Part shown: piece after piece, positions 38,558 to 47,678 of the stretch | How the letters are laid out: each line of letters begins with the position of its first letter | Numbering within the stretch: position 1 is the first letter of the stretch | From: Candidatus Micrarchaeia archaeon | GTDB lineage: Archaea > Micrarchaeota > Micrarchaeia > Burarchaeales > Fermentimicrarchaeaceae | Direction: 5' to 3' | NCBI GenBank assembly: GCA_038871515.1 | Contig: JAVZHX010000001.1 | Coordinates: 318,915-382,914, forward strand | Length of the DNA: 64,000 bases | Notes under the pieces: model-generated | What the model was told of the DNA's origin: nothing | Databases searched by the model: none | The model's input: only the letters and a program-made list of their open reading frames with translations | Position numbers and translations under genes: made by a program

Positions 38558-39427
38558 TCAAACACCTGCAAGCAACCTTAAAGTATCCCTCACACCTGGC
38601 GCCAAGCCAAATATTATTAAAAGAAGGAACATGTAATCCTTCTCCTCCCTCTTCTCATCAGAAGTTTCAAGTATGTAAACCGCAAGTGTTGAGAAGAGAA
38701 CTTTCACTACATAGAAAGCAAGCATCGTCCCAAAAATTGCTCCCAAACCAGCGCTGAGAACATGCTGCTCAAAATATGCCCCAGTGAAAAGCTCTATTGC
38801 AACGTAAGAAGCAGCGCCATCAAGGGAGTGGGAGAAAACAACAAGGAGATGGGTGGTATTTGGCTTTAGTTTTCTCTCCAAAAGAAATTTTCCAACAATA
38901 ACTCCAAGAATGGTGAGCAGGATAACCAGAAGAGCGTGAAGCCAGTTTTTCATAAGTGGAATTAGAAGTATAAAATGGGGAAGAAAAAGTAGGAAAGCAA
39001 AGGATGGGAGAAGCTCCATTTTTTTCATTCTGTTGAAAAGAAGAACTGAGAGGAAGGTAAGCAAGCCTATAACAACGTATATACCTGGTGTTGTTGTTAT
39101 AATGCTGTAATCATAAAGATGGGAGTTTCCAACAACTCCATACAAACCAAACAGGGCGGAGCTGTTGAGAAGGAATTGATTTGTTGCTGCGGACTCACCT
39201 GTTGCATCAGTAACAACCCTCACCGTTGAGCCAAGGAGGATGAATGGAATGATGCGAAGAATGAACTTCTCATCTATTTTCACCTTTTCTCTCTTGAGAA
39301 TTTTGAAAAAAACAAAAGCTACAAATAAAGCAATGGTTGCGTAAACAACCGTGTTCACCAAGTTGTAACCTGTTCTATCGTAAATTGGTTCAATAAAATA
39401 GGTTTCTATAAACCCTCCTGCTTCCAT
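38558..39427 (-). CDS. DUF63 family membrane protein
   Basis: GYNLVNT, RVVTD, HSLDG, YFEQHV, GLAPGVRD. Confidence 0.85.
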   Translation of the reverse strand: MEAGGFIETYFIEPIYDRTGYNLVNTVVYATIALFVAFVFFKILKREKVKIDEKFILRIIPFILLGSTVRVVTDATGESAATNQFLLNSSALFGLYGVVGNSHLYDYSIITTTPGIYVVIGLLTFLSVLLFNRMKKMELLPSFAFLLFLPHFILLIPLMKNWLHALLVILLTILGVIVGKFLLERKLKPNTTHLLVVFSHSLDGAASYVAIELFTGAYFEQHVLSAGLGAIFGTMLAFYVVKVLFSTLAVYILETSDEKREEKDYMFLLLIIFGLAPGVRDTLRLLAGV

Positions 39428-39464
39428 ATTATCTATAAAGCAATGATAATTAAAGTTTGTGCAG

Positions 39465-39977
39465 CTATCTCTCCCACATCTCTATAAACCTGTCAACAAC
39501 CTCATCCAGAAAACTTGAGCGGTAGGTAACTATTACTTTTGCAATTTCTTTTGGGTTGGAAAGGGAGTATAGAACCTGCTTGCCAGCTCTTCTTTTTTTA
39601 AGTATTTTTGACTGCAGCATTTTATCAAGGTACCATGAAGTTGTTGCAGCAGAAAGCTTCAGTTCAGAGGTTATTTTCTTGTGGCTCAGCTTCTCCTTTG
39701 TGAGTAAAAGTATTGCAATGTGGCGGATGGGCTTCTGCCTAAGAAGGGAGAGCAACTCCTTCTCCCTTTCTGTGAACAGACCAATTGCATAGTAACGCAC
39801 ATACTCCCCATCCCTCTTTGCAACAACAAGCTTATCTTCAAGAAGCTTTCTTATGTGGTGCTGAAGCGTTCCAACAGAAAGTTTCAGAGAGCGCTGAATC
39901 TCCCTGAAATGGCTCCCTGGAAAGCGAAGTATGTATTCGTATATCTGCTGGCGCTGCTCCAGCCCCTGAATCTGCAT
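39465..39977 (-). CDS. Tandem winged-HTH transcriptional regulator
   Basis: IYEYILRFPGSHFREIQRSL..GTLQHH; second HTH SHKKITSELKLSAATTSWYL. Confidence 0.85.
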   Translation of the reverse strand: MQIQGLEQRQQIYEYILRFPGSHFREIQRSLKLSVGTLQHHIRKLLEDKLVVAKRDGEYVRYYAIGLFTEREKELLSLLRQKPIRHIAILLLTKEKLSHKKITSELKLSAATTSWYLDKMLQSKILKKRRAGKQVLYSLSNPKEIAKVIVTYRSSFLDEVVDRFIEMWER

Positions 39978-39978
39978 T

Positions 39979-40251
39979 CTACTCCCTCACAACTGCAAAG
40001 AAGATGAGCGCAAGGGTAAGAAAGTCAAGTATGTTTGATAATGAAACTGTGAGAGGTGATTGCTCAGCAATAGTGAACTTTATGAAAATTCTTGCAAAGT
40101 AAGCAAGGAAAGCAAGAGAAACAAAAAGGATTATTCTTTTTCTGTTTTTCCTGTATGCAAGCAGTGAAATCAACGCAAGCCCTACGGAGAGCAGTATTGT
40201 TGATGCGCCAATAAGAATGTTGAAACCAGATGTGTATTCCGTCATATTCAT
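39979..40251 (-). CDS. Small 3-TM membrane protein preceding the wHTH gene
   Basis: ISLLAYRK..ILFVSLAF; three hydrophobic segments. Confidence 0.7.
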   Translation of the reverse strand: MNMTEYTSGFNILIGASTILLSVGLALISLLAYRKNRKRIILFVSLAFLAYFARIFIKFTIAEQSPLTVSLSNILDFLTLALIFFAVVRE

Positions 40252-40847
40252 CCCTCCAAAACTTCAATTATTTTCTCACCAAACTTCCTGGCAGAAGATG
40301 GACCATCCGCAGTTACAATTCTTCCATCAACCTCAACGCTTCTTCCCGTATAGTTCCCTCCTGCCTCCCTCAGAGCAGCTATTGTTTCCGAGTCACCAAA
40401 GCTTGTTACTTTTTTCCCTCTCACCAAATCGGCGCTTGCCAGTATCCTTGGGGCTATGCAGATTGCGCCAACAACCTTCCCAGCTGCGTTTGCCTCCTTT
40501 GCGATTTTTATAACTGCTGGGTTTTCAGGTAGCTTATGCGTTTCAACTCCCTGCCCTCCAACAAAAATCACAGCTTTGTATTCAGAGATATTTACCTCTG
40601 AAATTAAGAGGTTTGGCTTTGCTCTGCCACCCAGCATTCCCCTTGCTTCACTTTTTGTTGTGCTTGCGATGGTTGTTTCATAACCTGCATTTCTGATTAC
40701 CTCCTGAGTTTGAAAAAGCTCCTCATCCCGAAAATCAGATGGTGCAATTACGAAAAGCACCTTCCCCATCCCCTCACCTCCTGTTTTTTGTTGCTGAATA
40801 CAGCCGAAGAATAAAATGAAGAGTAAAATAATTATGCGAGCTTCCAA
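40248..40847 (-). CDS. DJ-1/PfpI family protein with N-terminal lipoprotein signal
   Basis: FFGC lipobox; FRDEE, FVGG, GAICIAP, IVTADGP. Confidence 0.9.
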   Translation of the reverse strand: MEARIIILLFILFFGCIQQQKTGGEGMGKVLFVIAPSDFRDEELFQTQEVIRNAGYETTIASTTKSEARGMLGGRAKPNLLISEVNISEYKAVIFVGGQGVETHKLPENPAVIKIAKEANAAGKVVGAICIAPRILASADLVRGKKVTSFGDSETIAALREAGGNYTGRSVEVDGRIVTADGPSSARKFGEKIIEVLEG

Positions 40848-42271
40848 CTCGTTCCCTCCTTCTCATCATTCAAAATTACTCCTGCTTTTCTCAGCTCAGC
40901 CCGTATCTCATCTGACAGCTTCCACTCCCCCTTTCTCCTCAGCTCCTCCCTAACCTTTATGATTACTCCAATTACCTTCTCAAGCTGCTCTCCGCCAGTT
41001 TTCCTCTCCTCGCATAACTTCAGCCCAAGTATCCCTCCAAGCTCATCAAACATTTTGATTATTTTATCTTTCAATTCAGTTGTAATTTTCTGGTTGTTGG
41101 AAGTGTATGTGTTTAACTTCCTTGAAAACTCAAACAAGGCAGCAAGCGCCCCAACAGTGTTAAAATCATCATCCATCGCTTTCTCAAACTCCTCCTTTGC
41201 TTTTTTCATCTCCAGCTCAAGCTCCTTTTCCTGAGCTGTTTGCTTCTCCGTTACCCCAAGCTTCCTCAATAATTGTATTGAATTCTTCAAACTTTCCAAG
41301 CTTTTCCTTGCCTGCTCCAAACTTTTTTCATTATAATCAATTGGGCTCCTGTAGTGAGTTGAGGCGAAGAAGTAGCGCAGCGTTTCAGGCTCGTATTTTT
41401 CAAGCACCTCTCGTAACGTTACATAGTTGCCAAGCGACTTTGCCATCTTCTCCCCGTTTATTGTTAAAAACTCTGTATGAAGCCAGTATTTCACAAATGG
41501 TTTCTTGCCAGTAAGCGCTTCTGCCTGCGCTATTTCATTTTCGTGGTGTGGGAACTTCAAATCCCTTCCACCCCCATGTATATCTATCTGCTCCCCAAGA
41601 TACTTGGAAGCCATCACGGAGCACTCAATATGCCAACCCGGGAAACCTTCTCCCCACGGGCTTGGCCACTTAAAGGGGTCTGTTGGTTTTGCTTTCTTCC
41701 ACAGAGCAAAATCCTGCGGGTTTTTCTTGCCTGGGTGAACCTCAAATCTACTCCCCGCAATCATCTCCTTTGGGTTCACCTTTGACAGCTTTCCATATTC
41801 CTTGAACTTGGAAACATCAAAGAAAACATTTCCATCAACTTCATACGCATACCCTTTTTCAACAAGCTTCCTCACAGCTTCAATCATATCAATGATGTGT
41901 CCGGTTGCCCTTGGCGAAATATCCGGGCGGATGACGCCCAACCTATCCATATCAGCAAAATACTCCCTCATATATTTCTCAACAAGCGCCATTGGGTTGA
42001 CCTTTTCTTCCTTTGATTTCTCTCCAATTTTATCCTCCCCAGTGTCTTCCCTTAAGTGACCAACATCGGTTATATTTTGTATATACGTGACTGAGTAACC
42101 CCTGTATTTTAACCAGCGTATTATCACATCAAAAGCAGTATATGTTCTAGCATGCCCAAGGTGCGCCCAATCGTAAACAGTTGGGCCACACACGTAAATT
42201 CCAACTCTTCCTTTTTTAATTGGAGTAAACTCCTCAAGCTTTCCTGTTAAACTGTTATGCACTTTAAGCAT
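40832..42271 (-). CDS. cysS: Cysteinyl-tRNA synthetase
   Basis: [30 protein letters not shown]. Confidence 0.98.
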   Translation of the reverse strand: MLKVHNSLTGKLEEFTPIKKGRVGIYVCGPTVYDWAHLGHARTYTAFDVIIRWLKYRGYSVTYIQNITDVGHLREDTGEDKIGEKSKEEKVNPMALVEKYMREYFADMDRLGVIRPDISPRATGHIIDMIEAVRKLVEKGYAYEVDGNVFFDVSKFKEYGKLSKVNPKEMIAGSRFEVHPGKKNPQDFALWKKAKPTDPFKWPSPWGEGFPGWHIECSVMASKYLGEQIDIHGGGRDLKFPHHENEIAQAEALTGKKPFVKYWLHTEFLTINGEKMAKSLGNYVTLREVLEKYEPETLRYFFASTHYRSPIDYNEKSLEQARKSLESLKNSIQLLRKLGVTEKQTAQEKELELEMKKAKEEFEKAMDDDFNTVGALAALFEFSRKLNTYTSNNQKITTELKDKIIKMFDELGGILGLKLCEERKTGGEQLEKVIGVIIKVREELRRKGEWKLSDEIRAELRKAGVILNDEKEGTSWKLA

Positions 42272-42284
42272 CCGTTCACCTCAT

Positions 42285-42355
42285 AGCCAGGAAGGGGAAT
42301 CGAACCCCTCTATGCCGGTCTGCAGCCGGCCACATAGCCACTCTGTCATCCTGGC
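42285..42355 (-). tRNA. tRNA-Cys(GCA)
   Basis: GCCAGGA...GCCGG CTGCAGA CCGGC...GGTTCGATTCC..TCCTGGC with discriminator T. Confidence 0.95.
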
Positions 42356-42380
42356 GTATTTATTATAAACTTAATTATTT

Positions 42381-43664
42381 TTAAGTTCCTGCCTCCCACG
42401 AGCGAGCATACCTCAACTGCTCAGCAGTTGGCTTTGTGAGTTTAACCCCATTCAACTCAAGCACAAGCCGGGCAACTTCATCATCTATCTCCTTTGGAAC
42501 TACAATTACTTTTTTGGGAAGTTTATTTTCTAAAATAAACTCTAAGCTCATAACTTGGAGGGCAAAGCTCCCATCCATTATTTCAATTGGGTGCCCCTGT
42601 CCAGCCGGCCTTGCAAGGTTCACAAGCCTTCCCTCAGAGAGAAGATATAACTTCTTTCCATTTTTCAAAACGAACCTCTCTACATTTTCCTTTACTCTGT
42701 CTTTTTTTATTGCAATTTTCCTTAATGAATTAACATCTATTTCATTATCAAAATGCCCTGCGTTTGCAAGCACTGCTCCATCCTTCATCCTCTCAAAATG
42801 TTTTTTTGTTATAACATTGATGTTCCCCGTTGCAGTTATGAATATATCTCCTTCCTCTGCTGCCTCATCCATACTCATCACTCTGAAACCGCTGTAAAGC
42901 GCTTCAAGTGCTTTGTGCTGCCCTGCGGGACTGTTTTCATTTGTCAACCTGCCAAGAGTTTCAACAACTATCACGTTTGCTCCCAAACCCCTCATCCTCT
43001 CGCATATTCCTCTGCCGCACCACCCAAACCCAACTACAACAACTGTTTTTCCAGCAATGAGTTTGTTTGTTGCCCTCATTATTCCTTCAACTGCGCTCTG
43101 CGCAGTTCCAAACCTGTTGTCAAAGAGGAATTTTGAGTATGCATCATTCACCGCTACAACTGGAAACTCAAGCTTGCCCTCTCTTTCCATTGCTCTTAAC
43201 CTATTCACTCCCGTTGTTGTTTCCTCACACGCCCCCCTTATCCTCTCAATTAACTCCCTTCTTTTTTTATGAACCATAAATATCTGGTCGCACCCATCAT
43301 CAATCAACAAATCTGGTTGATGGTTCAGAACGCTGTTTATATTTTTGTAATAATCCTCCCTGCTTTCACCTGCCCATGCGTATACATCAACTCCTTTTTC
43401 AGCTAACGCAGCAGCTACTCTGTCGTCTGTTGTGAGTGGGTTGCAGCTTGCAGCAGCAACCGTTGCTCCTCCTTTCATCAGAGTTTCAATAAGCACTCCA
43501 GTTTTCTTCTCAAGGTGAAGGCACACCCCAATGCAAATCCCTCTGAACGGCTTTTCCTTCTCAAATTTCTTCCCAATAAAATTAAGGAGAGGCATATTCT
43601 CCCTTGCCCACGCAAGCTCCTTCTCTCCCTCTCCTGAAAGCTTAGGGTTTTTTATTCTGCTCAT
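42381..43664 (-). CDS. ahcY: S-adenosylhomocysteine hydrolase
   Basis: CNPLTT, EETTTG, KFLFDNRFGT, GFGWCG, NAGHF, GRLVNL, GHP. Confidence 0.96.
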   Translation of the reverse strand: MSRIKNPKLSGEGEKELAWARENMPLLNFIGKKFEKEKPFRGICIGVCLHLEKKTGVLIETLMKGGATVAAASCNPLTTDDRVAAALAEKGVDVYAWAGESREDYYKNINSVLNHQPDLLIDDGCDQIFMVHKKRRELIERIRGACEETTTGVNRLRAMEREGKLEFPVVAVNDAYSKFLFDNRFGTAQSAVEGIMRATNKLIAGKTVVVVGFGWCGRGICERMRGLGANVIVVETLGRLTNENSPAGQHKALEALYSGFRVMSMDEAAEEGDIFITATGNINVITKKHFERMKDGAVLANAGHFDNEIDVNSLRKIAIKKDRVKENVERFVLKNGKKLYLLSEGRLVNLARPAGQGHPIEIMDGSFALQVMSLEFILENKLPKKVIVVPKEIDDEVARLVLELNGVKLTKPTAEQLRYARSWEAGT

Positions 43665-43734
43665 GTTATCACAATAGTTTTATGTTTCCTGTTCTAAAAG
43701 CTTCTCCTGAATAATATGTGTCAGTATTTTTAAA

Positions 43735-43749
43735 TAAAACTGAGTTATA
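43735..43749. promoter_or_regulatory. TATAAC-N3-GTTATA-type operator, copy 1
   Basis: TAAAACTGAGTTATA between TTTAAATA and the start of the HTH gene at 43770. Confidence 0.6.
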
Positions 43750-43769
43750 GTATAAGGGGTGCTCTTTGG

Positions 43770-44147
43770 ATGATGATGCCCTGTGAAGTAATCGTTCGCT
43801 ACTACCTGCCTGCCGTCAGGTATAGAGTTGCAAAGGAGCTGCTGGAGAAGCATGGGTGGACTCAGGTTGAAGTTTCAAAGGAGCTTGGGATAACACAGGC
43901 TGCAGTAAGCAAGTACAGAAGCGGTAAGTTGGACAGGAAGGCGAAGGAGTTTGCAGAGAGCGATGAAATAAAGGAAGCTGCAGAAAGAATTGCGGAGAAA
44001 ATTGCTTCTGGTGAAATTAAAACTCCAAAATCAATAAACAAAATCTGTCTTCTCTGTGTTTCGCTGAGAAAAAATGGTAAGCTTTGCGAGCTTCATCTTG
44101 ATATGAAGAAACTTGAAAGGAATGTATGCGACGTCTGTCTTAAGTAG
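43770..44147 (+). CDS. ThiR-like (XRE) HTH regulator with Cys-rich C-terminus and no ThiN domain
   Basis: PCE..LPAVR..TQVEVSKELGITQAAVSKY; C93, C96, C106, H109, C120, C123. Confidence 0.85.
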   Translation: MMMPCEVIVRYYLPAVRYRVAKELLEKHGWTQVEVSKELGITQAAVSKYRSGKLDRKAKEFAESDEIKEAAERIAEKIASGEIKTPKSINKICLLCVSLRKNGKLCELHLDMKKLERNVCDVCLK

Positions 44148-44155
44148 GTGAGCTT

Positions 44156-45001
44156 TTGAGAGAGTTTCCCCAGCTCATTTTTTACGTTTGCTTCTTCCTC
44201 ATTTTCATTTACTGCTCCCTTCTCCTGCTCTCCCCTATTTTAATTCAATCAGATAACAGATTTTTTGTGGGGGTTGGGGCAGTTAGTTACATATTCAATA
44301 TATTTATGTGCCATCAGCTTCCGCAGAGAAGTTTTTTCATTTTCGGGGAGCAGATGCCGGTGTGCTCAAGAGATGCCAGTTTATTTTTTGGCGTTCTGCT
44401 TGCTTTTGTTCTATCAGCAGCGAAGCTTCCTTCTTTTTTGAAAAAACCACATCTTTCAGTGCTGAGCGTTATTCTGCTTGGCATTGATGGAGTGCTCCAG
44501 CTTATTGGAGTTTGGGAAAGCACCAATTTAATTAGAGCTTTCACTGGTTTTTTTGCTGGGTTTGTGATTACGCTGTATGTAATTGAGGTGTTTGTTGGCG
44601 AGTGGCGGTTTAACAGAAAACTTGTTCTGAGGGCTTTTCTCTCAGTGCTACCCGTTCTGATACTTCTTCTTTTATCCTCTTTCTACGTGGGTGGCATCTA
44701 CCTAACAAAATCAGAAGTTTTAACAAGAGCAAAAGCAATAAATAACTCACCATTCATAAAAGTGTTTTACATAGCGCCGCGTGCATTCAGCTCAAGCATA
44801 CCAAGTGATGTTTACGTGCAAGATTACAATGACACGGTACTGAACGACGTGGCAAGAATTGGAAACGGCAAGCACTCTTATGGGGTGTGGGTTGCAGTTT
44901 TTTCAAACGAATCGCATGGGAGGTATGTTTTTGCATCTGAGGGAGTGAATTGCTTCTACGATGCAATGAGTGGAGAGTTTATAGGAATGTTTGAGCATTG
45001 A
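44156..45001 (+). CDS. DUF2085 membrane protein with C-terminal soluble domain
   Basis: CHQLPQRSF, PVCSRD, IDGVLQ..ESTNLIR..TG. Confidence 0.8.
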   Translation: MREFPQLIFYVCFFLIFIYCSLLLLSPILIQSDNRFFVGVGAVSYIFNIFMCHQLPQRSFFIFGEQMPVCSRDASLFFGVLLAFVLSAAKLPSFLKKPHLSVLSVILLGIDGVLQLIGVWESTNLIRAFTGFFAGFVITLYVIEVFVGEWRFNRKLVLRAFLSVLPVLILLLLSSFYVGGIYLTKSEVLTRAKAINNSPFIKVFYIAPRAFSSSIPSDVYVQDYNDTVLNDVARIGNGKHSYGVWVAVFSNESHGRYVFASEGVNCFYDAMSGEFIGMFEH

Positions 45002-45010
45002 GGTGGGAGA

Positions 45011-46564
45011 ATGGAGCATAAGAAACATGATGCTGAGAAAGCAAGGGGTCTTTTTAAAGATCCTGTGAAGGTTGTTTTGGTACTTATAATTATTGCGCTT
45101 CTAGCATACATTGCTATGAAACCACAGGAACAACCTCCTTCTAATGAACAGCAGGGAGGGAGCAACCAAACCGCGAAGAAAGCAAACGCAACAATTGAGC
45201 TTTTTGTTATGAGCCAGTGCCCGTATGGAGTTCAGGCAGAAGTTCTGATTGAGAAGGTTATTTCAAAGTTCAAAGGAGAGGTTAACCTGAGTTTGCATTT
45301 CATTGCAAATGAAAATGCTGAGGGTGGTTTTTCAAGTTTGCACGGGCAGACAGAGGTTGATGAGGATATACGGCAGGTTTGCATAATGAAATATTATCCG
45401 GAGAAGCTGTGGAACTACTTGCTGTGTGTTGCATCAAATTACACGAATGTTGCAGGTGTTTGGGAGAGCTGTGCAGCGCAGAATGGAATTGATAAGGAGA
45501 AGATAAGGAGCTGTTCAACTGGTGAGGAAGGAAAAGCTCTGCTTAGGGAGAATATAAAGAGAACAAATGAACTTGGGGTAACTGCTTCGCCAACAATATT
45601 TTTGAATGGACAGCCCTACTCTGGCTTAAGGGATGAGAGTTCAATAACAAGAGCGATATGCGAGTTGATTCCAAGTAGTGAGACGTGCAAGAACATTCCA
45701 CCAGAGGTAAGCGTTGAACTGATAGTGATTAATGATGACAACTGCCTTCTCTGCGACCCAAGTGGAATTGAGAATAGCTTGAAGGGGTTGATACCAAACT
45801 TGAAGATAAAGGAGCTTGATTACTCGAAAGGAGAAGGCAAAGCGCTTGTTGAGAGGCTCGGTATATCCGCACTGCCAGTATACCTTTTCAATTCCTCTAT
45901 AACACAGCACTCATCATACGAAACTCTTTCAAGGTATCTCATAAGGGCGGATTCGTATTACATAATAAACGTCCAGCCAGTCAAGCTGCTTGACAGAGTT
46001 GAGGAGAACAACACGGTGCAGCTTTTTGTTATGAGCCAGTGCCCGTATGGAACAATGGCAGAAAGGGCAATGAAGGAGTTGCTTGATGCAGTGCCTGAAG
46101 TGAAATTCAGAGGTTTATATTTCATTGCAAACGAAGTTGGAAACGGAACCTTCCAGAGTTTGCACGGGCAGACAGAGGTTGATGAGGATATACGGCAGGT
46201 TTGCATAATGAAATATTATCCGGAGAAGCTGTGGAACTACTTGCTGTGTGTTGCATCAAATTACACGAATGTTGCAGGTGTTTGGGAGAGCTGTGCAGCG
46301 CAGAATGGAATTGATAAGGAGAAGATAAGGAGCTGTTCAACTGGTGAGGAAGGAAAAGCTCTGCTTAGGGAGAATATAAAGAGAACAAATGAACTTGGGA
46401 TTGGTTCTTCACCGACAATAATGCTTAACAACAACACTCTTTTCAGCACAATTTACGCAGAGCAGATGAAGCAGGTTGTGTGCGCGTACAACCCAGTAAT
46501 GGAAGGGTGCAACAAAACGCTAAGTGGAGCTGGAGCAACCGCTCCAAGCGGAGGATGTGGTTAA
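45011..46564 (+). CDS. Membrane-anchored tandem GILT/DsbA-like thioredoxin-fold protein
   Basis: N-terminal TM; two FVMSQCPYG...SLHGQTE..RQVC...SPT domains flanking a CLLC thioredoxin-like domain. Confidence 0.75.
   Translation: MEHKKHDAEKARGLFKDPVKVVLVLIIIALLAYIAMKPQEQPPSNEQQGGSNQTAKKANATIELFVMSQCPYGVQAEVLIEKVISKFKGEVNLSLHFIANENAEGGFSSLHGQTEVDEDIRQVCIMKYYPEKLWNYLLCVASNYTNVAGVWESCAAQNGIDKEKIRSCSTGEEGKALLRENIKRTNELGVTASPTIFLNGQPYSGLRDESSITRAICELIPSSETCKNIPPEVSVELIVINDDNCLLCDPSGIENSLKGLIPNLKIKELDYSKGEGKALVERLGISALPVYLFNSSITQHSSYETLSRYLIRADSYYIINVQPVKLLDRVEENNTVQLFVMSQCPYGTMAERAMKELLDAVPEVKFRGLYFIANEVGNGTFQSLHGQTEVDEDIRQVCIMKYYPEKLWNYLLCVASNYTNVAGVWESCAAQNGIDKEKIRSCSTGEEGKALLRENIKRTNELGIGSSPTIMLNNNTLFSTIYAEQMKQVVCAYNPVMEGCNKTLSGAGATAPSGGCG
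45335..46399 (+). repeat. Exact 243-bp direct repeat (45335-45577 and 46157-46399)
   Basis: Base-by-base identity at offset 822; a further 32-bp identical tract at 45198-45229 / 46020-46051. Confidence 0.95.
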
Positions 46565-47379
46565 ACACCCAACGCATTTTCAATTTCTTTTTCCAATTTT
46601 ATTTCCTTGCCAAATTTCCTTAAAGCAAGCTTGGCTGCTTTCACTCCACTGAGGAACATCGCTCCATATAACGGACCCATCCTTGGCAAGCCACCGATGG
46701 AGTTTGAAGCCATCCCGCACACAATTAAACCAGGGTAAACCTCTTTTGTATTTCTTATTGTTGCTTTTTCAGCTTCGGCAGCCCACATTGAACCCTCAAG
46801 CGGTTCAGGTATGTTCAGGCGAAGCTTCTTCCTTGCTATCCTGGCAACCTCTGCTTGGTGACCTGTTGCATCAATCACAACTTTTGATTTCAGCGCAAGC
46901 GGATCAACACAGGTTAGAAAAGGAGGAAGCAAACTCACAGAGTGCCAGTTGACAACAACTCCCGTTATTCTATTCTTTCTGTAAACAACGTCTTTCACTT
47001 CAAGCGAGTTGAAAACAACTGCGCCTGCATCAAGCGCAGCAGCAATCAACTTTGCAGAAATATGGGGTGAGCTTCCAACATAAACGCCCTTCTCATACTC
47101 CTTCATTTTAACTCCAACTTCCTCAACAAGTTTGTGTGCAGGCGCCTCCACAACCATCTCAGGAAAAAGCATTCCCCCCTGCCACATGCCCCCTCCCATC
47201 ATTATATTCCTCTCAACAATCAGCGTTTTCACTCCTGCTTTTGCAAGATACCTTGCGGCAGTTATTCCAGCTGGGCCGGAGCCAACGACAATTACGTCTG
47301 ACTCCGTATAATCTAGAAACTTCTTTACAAACTCGCTTGCAATTGCTCTTGTAATTGTAGTTTCATCTACCTCTTTCAT
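46561..47379 (-). CDS. thi4: Thiamine thiazole synthase, Cys-type
   Basis: DVIVVGSGPAG, GGGMWQGG, TCVDP, DATGH, PRMGP..GAMFLSG. Confidence 0.94.
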   Translation of the reverse strand: MKEVDETTITRAIASEFVKKFLDYTESDVIVVGSGPAGITAARYLAKAGVKTLIVERNIMMGGGMWQGGMLFPEMVVEAPAHKLVEEVGVKMKEYEKGVYVGSSPHISAKLIAAALDAGAVVFNSLEVKDVVYRKNRITGVVVNWHSVSLLPPFLTCVDPLALKSKVVIDATGHQAEVARIARKKLRLNIPEPLEGSMWAAEAEKATIRNTKEVYPGLIVCGMASNSIGGLPRMGPLYGAMFLSGVKAAKLALRKFGKEIKLEKEIENALGV

Positions 47380-47405
47380 AATGTCACCTCTGCAAACTAA
47401 AATTT

Positions 47406-47585
47406 CTATAAACTTATCGCGTGAACAGGGCAGTTCTCAGCAGCTGCCTTACAATCGCACTTCTTACAGCCCTTTGGGTTGTATGCTTCTGACTTGCCAT
47501 CACTGCCTATTCTGAAAACATCTGGGCAAAGGGAAACGCATGCTCCACACCCAATGCACAACTCCTTGTCAACTTTCACTGGCAT
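47406..47585 (-). CDS. Monocluster [4Fe-4S] ferredoxin
   Basis: CIGCGAC..CPDVF...CPVHAI. Confidence 0.92.
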   Translation of the reverse strand: MPVKVDKELCIGCGACVSLCPDVFRIGSDGKSEAYNPKGCKKCDCKAAAENCPVHAISL

Positions 47586-47609
47586 GTGAATCAACCTCCA
47601 TATTTTTTA

Positions 47610-47628
47610 AATATAACTGAGTTATATT
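47610..47628. promoter_or_regulatory. 19-bp palindrome (9-bp arms around a central G), operator copy 2
   Basis: AATATAACTGAGTTATATT between divergent fdx-thi4 and iscS. Confidence 0.7.
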
Positions 47629-47678
47629 ATCAGTAAAATAACTCTTGCAAATAAAAGTTTAAAAGCATATGTGATTTT

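Noticed and set aside
45198..46399. Repeat as a DGR template/variable repeat pair or as CRISPR
   Set aside because: The copies are identical with no adenine-specific mismatches, both are in-frame coding, and no reverse transcriptase or spacer array is present.
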